This document shows positions 36,101 through 46,728 of a stretch of DNA of 61,895 nucleotides, piece after piece. How positions within the stretch are numbered: the stretch's first letter is position 1; the number at the start of each line of letters is the position of its first letter. The notes beneath the pieces were generated by a model that did not search any database, was not told where the DNA came from, and saw only the letters and a program-made list of their open reading frames with translations. The DNA is from Carpediemonas membranifera BICM. Its lineage: Eukaryota > Protista > Fornicata. Where the stretch lies: contig JAHDYR010000005.1 of NCBI GenBank assembly GCA_019828565.1, forward strand, positions 1,253,942-1,315,836, in the 5' to 3' direction. Made by a program: the position numbers and the translations under genes.

Positions 36101-39100
36101 GGGCCTGACGAGCGATACCGCAGGGACCACGCTCAGATGCTCAGGCTCTGCCAGGCGGCACTCGTCAGAATTCTGCACGAAAAAATTCAGACGACGAATG
36201 ATGGGCAAAGGGCCGCGAAAACGCTGAAGTACCAGCGCAAGTAGAGCGGTTTGCAATAAAATAGCTTACTTGCGCTGGTGCTGGCGTTTTCGGGGCCCTG
36301 AATTGCCTCCGGGCGCTCTCCCGGCGCTCTATCCCCCGGGCGCTCTCCCGGGCTTCTCTCTCCAGGGCTCTTCTCCCCCGGGCGCTCTCCCGCCGCTCTA
36401 TCCCCCGGGCTCTTCTCCCGGGCTCTATCCTCCGGGGCTCCTGTCCCCAGCGCTGTTTCCCAGGCGCTCTGCTCTCCAGCGTCCTCACTCGTAAATTTAC
36501 GTTGCTGTCTTGTCCTGTACTGCCCTAAAGTGTTCGGCCATGTGGCTTTCATCAACAGGCCCGTCACATCAGCCATATCAGGGTGACTAGTAAGGCAAGC
36601 TAAGCACATATTCAGCTGCATGAATGCCGCCACTTGCCCCGAATTGTTCTGATTTCATTTAGTGTGCACTTTAGGGGATAGTTTCATTGCAACGCCAAAA
36701 TGGCGAGTTCAGGTTGTAGCAATGATCTGATGCGCGGAACGTACTAGAAAACATTGCAATTACAACGCAAAGCAGCGAAAAGCGGAGAAATCAACATCAA
36801 TAACAACATCAACACCAAAAGAACAGTATCCCAAAGAATTGTGGGCGTTGCTGCGCCAAAGAGCAATAAATGACCACAAAGCATTCGCTTATGCACAATT
36901 AGCTGCCAGAAAGAACACTACACCGTTACTTTGGATCATTCCAGTTCGCCGGAGATGACGCAGGTCCAGAACGCTGCCTTGGAGGGCTGGTGAAGCGGTA
37001 GTGTAGCGCTTACTCGCCAAGCGGGCGATGGTCTCGACGGGACGGTTGACGGTCTCAAGGTGGCCCTGCTCTTCGACGTACCAGGCGGACATGCCGATGA
37101 CGGAGCGGCGCTGACCCTGGCGGACGTTATCCTCGCCCTGGGTGAAGCTGTTCTTGCCGCAGTACACGTCGATACCGATGGTGAGGCAGGGCTGTAGCAT
37201 GGAGGCCGAGAAACCATAAACTGCACGGATCCACAAACGTGGATTGGCCTGAACGACAGCGCTGATGCCCAGACAGTCAGATATACATTCATTTATTCCT
37301 GTCTCGCTCTCTTGCCTGTCGGATCGCGACGCTTGACCCACTCAAATGCCTCATCTGTGAGGGTAGACAGACATGCCGCTGTCCTTATCCTTCCGAGTCA
37401 GGCTCCTCCTCGTCTGCCTACTTACCCTTCTTCTCCTCTGTCTCCACCTCCTTGTCCTCCTTCTTCTCCGTCTCAGCCTTCTCCTAAACGTACACAGTCG
37501 AACGCACTACAAAGGCATATCCAAATCTTTATTCAATCTCAACGACCTCGCACTTCTTCTGGTACAGCGTGGCGTGAGCCGGATCGCCTTCGATGACAAT
37601 AGCGAAATTATCTGTCAACCCCCACAAGTCTGCATCGGGTGCAAGCATGGTGGTGCCATCAAACAGGTATAAGATGGCGGAGATGCCTTGCATGCCGTTG
37701 TATCCGTCGTATGACTGGACAACAAGGATGTTCCGCTTCTGCTTCCTCGCCCAGACTCGGATGGCGTTCGAGTTATAGTAGCCGGAGTCCGGATCTGTCA
37801 GGCTACGCTCCGTGACATTCTTCTTAGACCAGTACTTGGCCTTCACTGACTGGCAGAGGCCACGCTGCCACCTTTCGAAGTCGCCATCAACTCTGCCACC
37901 CAACTCAATGGCTTGGAGACAATATGCAACGCAGTTGCCGTCACTCTTGACATGAATCGCGGTACAGTTAGTCGTGAGAGCCTCCACGTTGATGCACGTC
38001 TGCACCGCGGCCTCAGAGGCGATGCGAGTCTGAGTCTCCGGCTCAGTCTGGATGCAGGCGTCGCATGTGTTCACCGTCTCCTCTTCTGCCTCACCCCTCT
38101 TCTCCTTCGCCTCCTCCTGCTCCTCCTCTGTCTCCTCCTCTGAGTCCTCAGGCCTGGCCTTCTCGGGCGTGATGAAGAGGGCCTTGCGCTTCACAGACAT
38201 GGAGGCCTCGGGCTCGTCCGTAGTGCGTCGGGGGCAGGAAGTCCTGGAGAGCGTGCCAGACTGTGGCGGCATGGGGCTGGCGGCGAACGAAACATCGCAG
38301 GAAGCAAGGTACCCAACGTCATGCTCATGATGGATACGCCTGCACTCAAGAAAGTGGTCTCTTCTCTCGTCGGTCACCTGCTTCGTCAGCCGCTCGACCT
38401 GCTCCTTGAGAGATTGGATCTCCGTCTTCTGGGCAGAGATCAGACTGGCTGTCACGCGACGTACGACTCGAGCTTCAGCAGGGAGTCTCGTGGTCAACGT
38501 CTTCTCGCCAGTAAGCGCCTGAGTATCGATCTGGTCGGCCCAGAGATAGCGCTGAAGCACGTGGTCGGCGTGATCCTCGCCGGGACAGGGGGCGTTATCC
38601 TTGCGGGCCCGCACACGACGAGTACCGCAGATCTCATCGTACACTCGCTCCCATACCACGTCATACTTGGACTCGCGCGTGTATTCCATCTCCTTTTCCA
38701 ACTCCTTCCGGTCTTCCTCATCGGCCAGCTTCATCATCTGAACCCGAGTACAATCCCTGATGTCCTCGTCCTCCTCCTTCGCGAGTTCACACTCAAGCCT
38801 AGCGTTTGTCTTCTTTCTAGCCTCACGAATGCATTTCTTCACCCGAATACGCGCGCTCTCCACCTCGCCGTCGTACAGGTGCGTGAAGGTATCCCCGCCG
38901 AGGACCTGCTTCAGTGTTTTCTTGTGTTCCCCTGTGACCCTTTCACCCTCATTCAATTTCATCGTCGCCATAAACTGCGCCTTAAGGTCCTTCTTCATAT
39001 CTTCCGTCTCCTGGCACGTGAGACGGAAGAACGTGGCAATACGCTTGAGATTAACACCTGTTTAAACAATTTCGCTCAGTAACGTACGTTCCTTGATCAC

Positions 39101-42100
39101 AGTAGCGAGTAAATCGCGCCTAGGCAGCAAAAGCGCGCGAAGGGCGTCGCATTTGCCTTTAGCGCTTGCAGCTGCATTGATCTTGGTCATTAGCTCCTTC
39201 TTATCGAACTCAGTGGCTTCTTCCAGCCAAGTGAACAAGTCTAGCATCGTATATCGCCAAGAGACGTTAAATGGTTACTAAAAGTTTATGTATATCGCCT
39301 GCGGCTTGTAAGCACTCACACTGTGACTACCACCAGCCGTCATCACACCCCTAGCCCTACCCACACGTCCATTCTCGCCGATGCTGATTAAATCGTCCGG
39401 CCAGCGAGCCAGGGCCTTTCGCAAATTTAATATGGCCAAGAGACGTTATCTGCGGCTGAAAAGAGCCCCATATAACCCCCTATGACGTTATACGGAGAAA
39501 TCATCGCCGATTTTCACGTTTCGGCGAGCTCCGGCCAAGGGGTCCAGGAGTCAGCTTTTGGGGGAAGGTCTGTGGTGCTCTAACGTACCTCGGGACGCAC
39601 TGTGGAGGCCCCTAGAGTGCTCGGTCATGGCATGTCAGACCAAGGGTCCCTCAAATCTGGCCCCATTCAGGATGCACCCCCTAAATGTTCCGTTGCAAGC
39701 GTCTGACGGGCGTTCTCTGGATACCGACCAAGATGGAGGTCACGTGGATCAACGGACGATAATTACGGTATTCTGGCCATGCCTGGTACTCTCAAATCAT
39801 CTATACTGATCAGTGCTCCATTTATAGTTCATATTGTTTGGTCCTGATGGACTTATGGTACTTGATGTTGTTTAGAGATAATTGGTGCTTGACTGATGCT
39901 CTGCGCCCGCCAACTGATGTTTCTTAGTGATATTCATGTGTCTGCATCTTCAAATCCGCCAGTATTCTTTCTATTCTTCAGATCCTCATTTCAGTCTCGT
40001 TGCGAGCATAAAGTGCACATTGTGAAAGGAAAGTGGGTGGTTATCTAATGGATATATGGCAGGACAAGGTACACGAATGCCGTCCTGAGGTTTGGCATGG
40101 GATACTGATCTCATACGTCAAAAATGGGCGGTGGTATTCGAATTTCAGAATTTCGGCATGTCCGAATTCCGAGGCAAGCGGGTAGGGTGTACAAAACCTG
40201 GCCTGGGTACCTATTAGAGCGAATAGAGAATGGCAGCACCATGGATTCGGTTTTCAGAATAATAATTGCATTTGGATCGCCATTTCAGAATTACTTCCAG
40301 TACCGGAGATTATCATTAAATCTGGGAGTGTAACAACACTTTTAAAAAATGAAAGGTCCCCATTCACCCACTCAGGCCCCAGATCACGTATCTGAGCTCA
40401 GTTTGGGTCAATTCCCAATACTTTAGAATTTTGTATGGTCGAAATTCTGAAATAGCAATCCAAATTGAAGCAGCAAAAACTCATCCCATGGAGGCTGTAG
40501 CGGCAATAGACGAAGATATCATGAAGCGTTGGTTGAGGAATGTTCCAACCAAATCGCGTACGAACTACAACAAGCTTCTGAAAGACGTTTTGGCCAGAAT
40601 TTGTCAGAAAACCGCCACAGATATCCAGAAGGGCATCGAGATTGTCCGTAGTGACGAGCTGGTAACCCATTTGCGCCGGTACCTCGCTGAGAAGCCTCTG
40701 GGGACGCAGAAGAAGATCGTTTCGGCTGTTCAGTCTTTCCGGAACTTCGACTTGCCACACCCCGCGAAGCCGTTGTCCTGGAAAGAGGAGGAAGAGGTGT
40801 CGCCTGCATCAGTTGAGAGTCTCCCCAGCCCGTATGGCGCCATTGCCATTCTGCTCAACCAGACGGGCTGGAAGTATTCGTATCTCCAAGGTAATCTCCC
40901 CGATGCGATAGACCTTACCTCGTGCCCGAGCTGGATGGGCTTTGGTACGCTCAAATCGGGATTCCCGCAGGCCAGTGCTGTATCGGAGGCGCTCAAGGTT
41001 CAGGGGTTGACGGTTCGCATGCTTCGCTTTGCGCAGCGGATCGACGTGTCCACCGATAGGATGCAGTCTATCGGCACGCTAGAGCGCCGCGGCAGACCGC
41101 AGGAGAAGCCTCAGAAGGTCATTAAGGACAAGCGCATCAGCCTGACCGATGAGCAGTTCAGGCACCAGTTGGCGTCCAGTCACTTAACGACCACGCGGCG
41201 CCCAACGATCCTCGATCTCAACCCGGAGATCCGAAGCTCTGCCGACCTTGTGCCGCCGACGCTCGATAACTGGCTTTACAACAAGCTCAGGATTAGGATG
41301 GTCCAGCTCCACGACCAGCGTAAGCCCGAGGGGGGCGACACGGGGGAGGATGAGTCTGACGATGAGGCGCTGTTTGACGAGACAGCTGGCGAGGCAGAGA
41401 TGCCGGAGACCGCAGTGGAGGGCGAGTTTGACGATGAGGCCGGGTTGGAGATGCTGGAAGGAGAGTGGGAGGATGAGGAGAGTTCAGACAGCGATGCCGA
41501 GGATAGCCTCGTCGACAACCTGTCATTTGTTCAGTCACAACAGGTTGAGTGTGATATGTCTGAGAGAGATACCGATGAGGGTGTCCGTAGCGGGGCCAAT
41601 GGAAGTGGGCTCGCTCCGCTCTATGACTCTATGAAGACCAGGGTGCCCAGCAGACGCATTCGCCTTCGCCGCTATCACGAGAGCGAGTCAGACTTGGGCA
41701 GCAGCAGCGACAGCGAGGACGGGATGCCGAAGCTGCCCGATGAGGCCTTTCAGCACATCCGTGATGCCGGAATGACAACTGTGAGGCTGACGAGGGCCGA
41801 GTATGACGACGTGATGGAGAAGAGAGAGCAGGAAAAGCATCAGAAGTAAATGAACGAAGTAAATATGTCGTGGGAATGACTCAAACACTGACTAAGCCAT
41901 CGACTTGGCGCAGCTGACCCCAAATTGTTCTGATTTCATTTAGTGTGCACTTTAGGGGATAGTTTCATTGCAACGCCAAAATGGCGAGTTCAGGTTGTAG
42001 CAATGATCTGATGCGCGGAACGTACTAGAAAACATTGCAATTACAACGCAAAGCAGCGAAAAGCGGAGAAATCAACATCAATAACAACATCAACACCAAA

Positions 42101-44276
42101 AGAACAGTATCCCAAAGAATTGTGGGCGTTGCTGCGCCAAAGAGCAATAAATGACCACAAAGCATTCGCTTATGCACAATTAGCTGCCAGAAAGAACACT
42201 ACACCGTTACTTTGGATCATTCCAGTTCGCCGGAGATGACGCAGGTCCAGAACGCTGCCTTGGAGGGCTGGTGAAGCGGTAGTGTAGCGCTTACTCGCCA
42301 AGCGGGCGATGGTCTCGACGGGACGGTTGACGGTCTCAAGGTGGCCCTGCTCTTCGACGTACCAGGCGGACATGCCGATGACGGAGCGGCGCTGACCCTG
42401 GCGGACGTTATCCTCGCCCTGGGTGAAGCTGTTCTTGCCGCAGTACACGTCGATACCGATGGTGAGGCAGGGCTGTAGCATGGAGGCCGAGAAACCATAA
42501 ACTGCACGGATCCACAAACGTGGATTGGCCTGAACGACAGCGCTGATGCCCAGACAGTCAGATATACATTCATTTATTCCTGTCTCGCTCTCTTGCCTGT
42601 CGGATCGCGACGCTTGACCCACTCAAATGCCTCATCTGTGAGGTAGACAGACATGCCGCTGTCCTTATCCTTCCGAGTCGAAACCTTCTGTTTCGAAACC
42701 TTCCGAATCAAGGTTCGGCAAGGGTCTTTGGGTCTCGTTGTTGACATGCGACGGCAAGCCCACTCTGAGGTCTCGCATGAGCCCCCGCACACGATGCAAT
42801 GCCCTGACAGGACAAGCGGGGGGTCATTTGTATCGGCCATATCTGTCTTAAGCTGCTCCACCTGGCTAGGAGTCAGGTTGCGGGCCTTGATCGTACCCCG
42901 GGTCTTGCCTGTGTCTTCGGGCCTGGGCCTCGGCTCATCCTGGTCTCTGACGTCCGAAGTCGTCATCGTTGCCTGCTCCAAAGTGGTGGGCTCCGGCTGA
43001 GACCTGACGCCTGGCAGCCTGCGCATGGTCTTACGGCCGCCGCTACGCAGCCTCTCAATATCCTTCTCAAGACTGTTGACCTTCGTCGTCAGCGCATGAT
43101 GTTCACTTGTCGCGAACGAGCGACACTGGCGACTTAAGTAGCGCGATGAACGTCTTGCCTGTGTCTTCTGGCCTGGAAGAATAGCCCAAATGACCTCAGA
43201 TGCAGCAAGTTCCATACATTCGATGCTTTCTGGAGTAAAATAGAAGCAAGCTGCCATAATCGCTGCAACAATCTTCCGCAAAAGGTCTCTGTCACGTGTA
43301 TTATCAGCCATCGTACTGTCACACCATTTTGAACTCATCAAATATTGAGCGTACAATATCACGTAAAGGGGGCGTTTTGGAGGAAATGACGCACAATACC
43401 GTTGCTTTAGCACTAGTTTGATATTGAAGGTTCACTTTCAAGACTTTTTGCGTGGTCACCTTTGGAAGGTGACAGTGCAACACCCGAAATTTTGTCTATA
43501 CACGTCATATACAAGGTCTAATGCATCTTTGCCAACCACTTTTAGCGTTTGTATGTGTCAGACGATCGAGTTCTGAAGAGCGACTTTGGCCAAGTCATGC
43601 GACCTTATCCTGCACTGACGATACGAAAACCGATCATAAATATTTATTGAGACATCTGCATGCAGTATTAATGTGTCCAGAGGTGAAGCTAGGTCTATAG
43701 AGTACGCACACCAACTTTAGAACTGATCCGCGAGATTCGATCAAAATCGATCAAAGAAACTGGAACCAATTCTGGAACCATTTGTTCCAGAAAAGGTACC
43801 AGAATTGACTGCATGATGCAGCGGCTGATCCCGAAGAGTGCCACTCGGAAGTAATCGGGCGAGAGGACGAGGATCAGCAGGCGGTTGAGGTATCCGCGAG
43901 CCGTGGTATCCGACGTGACACCGGCAGCAGCGCGAACTGCGGCCACGAGCCCGGCAGAGTAGCGCCCACTACCGGTCAGGCTGATGTCGCCACTCCGGAG
44001 GGCTGCTGAGACGATATCGCCATCAGTGAGCGTCGGGCACAGCTTGATCTTGAGGTGGGTCACCACCCCAGCGAGAGCGAACTGGCAGTAAGCCACGAGG
44101 TTAAGAATCTGGCGAGACTTCTTAACATCGGTGACTACCGCGGCGTCGTGGAGGCGACCCTGCTCAATGGCGTCGAAGATACGCTGAAGAGGCATTTCAA
44201 TCGAGTTGCTGTAGCCATTCAGGCGCCGGGAGACCTCAGCTCTGATGTCGCGGGGAAGATTCATAGATGCCGTCAC
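33162..44276 (-). CDS. Antisense extra ORF of Gypsy-1 (272 aa when rejoined: 44276-43816 plus 33519-33162) with a chromodomain-like C-terminus; split by transposon C
   Basis: Removing C and one AT copy gives the in-frame join ...LFGISRC|ISAPSAFW... The C-terminal YYTVTCVVRHE..LILQYEGYS..VWL..VRDYL resembles a chromodomain. Confidence 0.7.
34820..35940 (-). repeat. 14-bp minisatellite, same family as 29060-29745, inverted
   Basis: (AGGGATGAGGCGCC)n. Shares the flank ACACAGCACCCCTACGCCAGCGCCATC. Confidence 0.98.
36308..36480 (+). repeat. Degenerate GGGCGCTCTCCC / GCTCTATCCCCCGG tandem repeat
   Basis: Visible imperfect repeats. Confidence 0.75.
36642..37399. repeat. ~757-bp direct repeat, copy 1 (copy 2 at 41923-42679)
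   Basis: Near-identical sequence. The ORF track gives identical peptides at 36889-37341 and 42170-42622. Confidence 0.95.
37529..38998 (-). CDS. 489-aa protein with coiled-coil/acidic N-terminus and C-terminal OTU-like cysteine protease domain
   Basis: IHVKSDGNCVAYCL (OTU DGNC motif), NILVVQ, and IVIEGDPAHATLY (candidate catalytic His). Confidence 0.7.
   Translation of the reverse strand: MKKDLKAQFMATMKLNEGERVTGEHKKTLKQVLGGDTFTHLYDGEVESARIRVKKCIREARKKTNARLECELAKEEDEDIRDCTRVQMMKLADEEDRKELEKEMEYTRESKYDVVWERVYDEICGTRRVRARKDNAPCPGEDHADHVLQRYLWADQIDTQALTGEKTLTTRLPAEARVVRRVTASLISAQKTEIQSLKEQVERLTKQVTDERRDHFLECRRIHHEHDVGYLASCDVSFAASPMPPQSGTLSRTSCPRRTTDEPEASMSVKRKALFITPEKARPEDSEEETEEEQEEAKEKRGEAEEETVNTCDACIQTEPETQTRIASEAAVQTCINVEALTTNCTAIHVKSDGNCVAYCLQAIELGGRVDGDFERWQRGLCQSVKAKYWSKKNVTERSLTDPDSGYYNSNAIRVWARKQKRNILVVQSYDGYNGMQGISAILYLFDGTTMLAPDADLWGLTDNFAIVIEGDPAHATLYQKKCEVVEIE
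40431..41849 (+). CDS. 472-aa degenerate tyrosine-recombinase-like protein with acidic tail
   Basis: Core-binding-like YLAEKPLGTQKKIVSAVQSFRNF. AIAILLNQTGWKYSYL resembles TGxRxSEL, LTVRMLR resembles HxxR, QLASSHLTTTRR resembles LGHxxxxTTxxY. Confidence 0.45.
   Translation: MYGRNSEIAIQIEAAKTHPMEAVAAIDEDIMKRWLRNVPTKSRTNYNKLLKDVLARICQKTATDIQKGIEIVRSDELVTHLRRYLAEKPLGTQKKIVSAVQSFRNFDLPHPAKPLSWKEEEEVSPASVESLPSPYGAIAILLNQTGWKYSYLQGNLPDAIDLTSCPSWMGFGTLKSGFPQASAVSEALKVQGLTVRMLRFAQRIDVSTDRMQSIGTLERRGRPQEKPQKVIKDKRISLTDEQFRHQLASSHLTTTRRPTILDLNPEIRSSADLVPPTLDNWLYNKLRIRMVQLHDQRKPEGGDTGEDESDDEALFDETAGEAEMPETAVEGEFDDEAGLEMLEGEWEDEESSDSDAEDSLVDNLSFVQSQQVECDMSERDTDEGVRSGANGSGLAPLYDSMKTRVPSRRIRLRRYHESESDLGSSSDSEDGMPKLPDEAFQHIRDAGMTTVRLTRAEYDDVMEKREQEKHQK
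41923..42679. repeat. ~757-bp direct repeat, copy 2
   Basis: Matches 36642-37399. Confidence 0.95.
42574..43413 (-). CDS. Cargo protein with CxxCG-x7-WAC..C module
   Basis: CIVCGGSCETSEWACRR..KDPCRTLI..SVYLTDEAFEW. Homologous to 53750-54214. Confidence 0.55.
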   Translation of the reverse strand: MLKQRYCASFPPKRPLYVILYAQYLMSSKWCDSTMADNTRDRDLLRKIVAAIMAACFYFTPESIECMELAASEVIWAILPGQKTQARRSSRYLSRQCRSFATSEHHALTTKVNSLEKDIERLRSGGRKTMRRLPGVRSQPEPTTLEQATMTTSDVRDQDEPRPRPEDTGKTRGTIKARNLTPSQVEQLKTDMADTNDPPLVLSGHCIVCGGSCETSEWACRRMSTTRPKDPCRTLIRKVSKQKVSTRKDKDSGMSVYLTDEAFEWVKRRDPTGKRARQE

Positions 44277-45403
44277 GGGTCGAGTAACACGCTCTGCGGC
44301 TTGTACACGGTGCCTGGATGAGTGGTTGATTGATATTTGTTACTTACAGGTTACCGGAGGCCAAGCGCTTGCGCTGAGTACGTGTTTGAGCACGAAGAGA
44401 ACGACAGACGGCGGAATGAGCGGAAACAAGAGGCTTAGTGAGTTCCTCGTCACCAATTTCGGCGATTTTAGCGCGAATAGTATCCAGAATTGCTTCTACG
44501 GCGGCGTTGTCCGACATCAACTGAGTTGACGGCGACATATTCTGCACTTTTGGAACAATCGGTTTCAGGACGAAACCTAGAGCAGTAATAGGACGCCAAA
44601 TCAAGCTAATTCATCTATTTACTAAGCGCTGTAGCCTATTAGCTACATCGGAAGCCGATTGATGTTGTTAATGAAGTACGAGCGCGCCAGGAAAAATGAA
44701 AGGCCCAAAACTCGCCAACGAAGGCCTTTTGGAGCCTCTTAATGCCTTTTTCGGCGTCTGCGTAAGTTTCAGCGCAAATGGTACAGTACTTCTTCTTATT
44801 CTTCTAGACGCCGAGATCAACTCTCGAATTACGAATTTACTCGATTACTTAGAAGCATGCGTAACACGTAATATTTTTCGAGACACGGCCATATGAGGCC
44901 GTGGAGGGGCAGGGATAAGCCTCTATGAATACAGGCGAACCCTAGCCGTCCGTTTGACTGTCATTGACGTCGGTAAGTTCGGACCCTATATGCGGTTCAT
45001 GAGGGCGGCGAAGCCCTGGTAAGACCATCTTAACACGTAACATAGCAAGTGCTTACACAGTGGATCCACGTTATCATATACAGCTGTCGGGTTTTATTCC
45101 CATGTCACCGTTGGTGATACCATAATTCCGTATCGGAAGACCGCGGGTCGGGCGTTGCCCACTCCACTGCCAATGGAGTAGACCGTTGCATAGCTTGGGT
45201 GGCACCAAACTATAACACGGATGACCCTAGGCCAACCTAACCCCCGTAACTCGTTGAGTGTCATGCCTATTACCCAGGCATGGAGGGGCAGTGTGGTGGT
45301 CATAGACCACACTAAGCATTTATACAGTTTAAGCCATTTATTGGCACAAGGGTTTTCTCTTCTTCTTTCCCTGTAAAAGCATTCTCCGCATTAGCGAGGC
45401 ACA

Positions 45404-46260
45404 GCGGATGCCATTGCCGGTGTACGCCAGCAGGCTCTTCGCGGAGCGCCAGTTCCCCAGTGCCATCAGCACGTGCTCAGGAGTGCCGGCGACGGCGAGC
45501 TCGGTCGCCGCGCCCTTTCTGAAGCTGTGCCAAGTGACGGAGTCGCCAAACACTGCTGCGATCCAGCGCCTCATTGCGCCTTCTGACAGCCCCTCTGTCT
45601 TGCTGATCGTGTCTCCGTTGACCTTCCTCCATAGTGAATCCGTGTCGCGCTTCGTGGCCAAGTTGACCCAAAGCTGGAGCGCCTTCGCGATGTTGAATGA
45701 GTCAAAGGTGGCGTTGACCACGAGCTTCTTCACCGCTGTGGTAGTCTTGGTGCGTGCCATGAACAGCGTCGCGTCGCCCTCTGGGCTGAACGTCACGTCT
45801 CCCCTCGTCAGAGTGAAGATTTCCTTGCCGCGGCTGACAGTTTGGAAGCAGAGTGCGGCGAACAAGACCGCCTGGAACGTCTTCGGATCTTGTTTCCAAC
45901 GTCGGAAACCCGACCGGATTATGTCGCTCGTCACCGGTCGAGCCCCGCCAGTCAGTCTGGTGGTGGATGCTACGTTGCGGACTGATCGAATGATCTCGCT
46001 GCTGTCCTGCGGGGGGTCCAGTCGCAGATCAGTGGGGCCGCTTTGCAAATCCAGTGTCCCTTCTTGCCGATCGTGTCGGGCCCCGAGGTCTTGGCTTCGC
46101 TCATGAGGTGCTGCCTGAGCTGCGCCGCGTGTGATAGCGTGGTGTCTCTCGACGCGTTGAACTTGACGAGGTAGCCCGCGACTGCCCTGCGTGACGCCTC
46201 TAGGCTCAGATGTGAGAGCCTGTCGTGGTGGAGGAGGAACTCGAAGTCCTGATGATCATC
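45404..46260 (-). CDS. DIRS-2 tyrosine recombinase (start approximate; frameshift near 46045; C-terminus at 22255-22199)
   Basis: TVSRGKEIFTL, ARTKT, WHSFRKGAA, LGNW, LLAY. Confidence 0.9.
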
Positions 46261-46653
46261 GCGATGAGCCTTATCCTGCCCCTCTCGGCCAGCCGCGACA
46301 GCTCGGAGTCCGACAGAAGATCTTGGTTCACTCTGAAGTACATCTTGGGAACTGATGAGAGGGCTAGCAAGCGGCGGAGTTCTGGTGACGGGATGTCCGG
46401 AGTCACTATTATCGCAGCTGACCTCCACGTCTGAGGGGATCCAGTCTGGGTCGGCGACCGAATCGTCCGAATATGCAGATATGTCGCTGGAATCATCGCT
46501 ACTGGAGGAGCTGCGAAGACTCTCATCCCCGTCCAGTCCCGAGACAGGCCGTGTTCTGCGAGAGTCCATCCGTGCTGAGCGAATCCTGGGAGGGCCAGGC
46601 GGCGAGTGGGAGCGGCGGTCGCGTCGACCTGCACTGGTCCCCAGTTGCGCTGG
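46206..46653 (-). CDS. DIRS-2 methyltransferase-like C-terminal domain of pol
   Basis: WGPVQVDAT..RDWTGMRVFAAPP..IIVTPD, homologous to the DIRS-1 domain. Confidence 0.75.
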
Positions 46654-46728
46654 TGTGACCCTAAACTGCGGGAGTTGGTTGCATAAAACTCATTCGTAAC
46701 ACGGCACAATATCGATATTACCGGTGAA

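Larger units (their letters stand above)
33522..43815. mobile_element. TIR DNA transposon C (10294 bp), non-autonomous cargo carrier
   Basis: TIR CATGCAGTCAATTCTGGTACCTTTTCTGGAACAAATGGTTCCAGAATTGGTTCCAG at both ends. 2-bp TSD AT at 33520-33521 and 43816-43817. No transposase seen. Confidence 0.93.
22260..45403 (+). mobile_element. Gypsy-1 chromodomain LTR retrotransposon (about 6.05 kb once nested transposons B and C are removed)
   Basis: 112-bp LTRs at 22260-22371 and 45292-45403 (TGTG..CACA, one mismatch seen). TSD GCGG at 22256-22259 and 45404-45407. PPT GGAGGGGCAG before the 3' LTR. Confidence 0.95.

Noticed and set aside
45338-45403. Apparent DIRS-2 recombinase C-terminus CASLMRRMLLQGKKKRKPLCQ and its apparent duplication at 22260-22371
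   Set aside because: This is the Gypsy-1 LTR read on the opposite strand. The true C-terminus is at 22255-22199.
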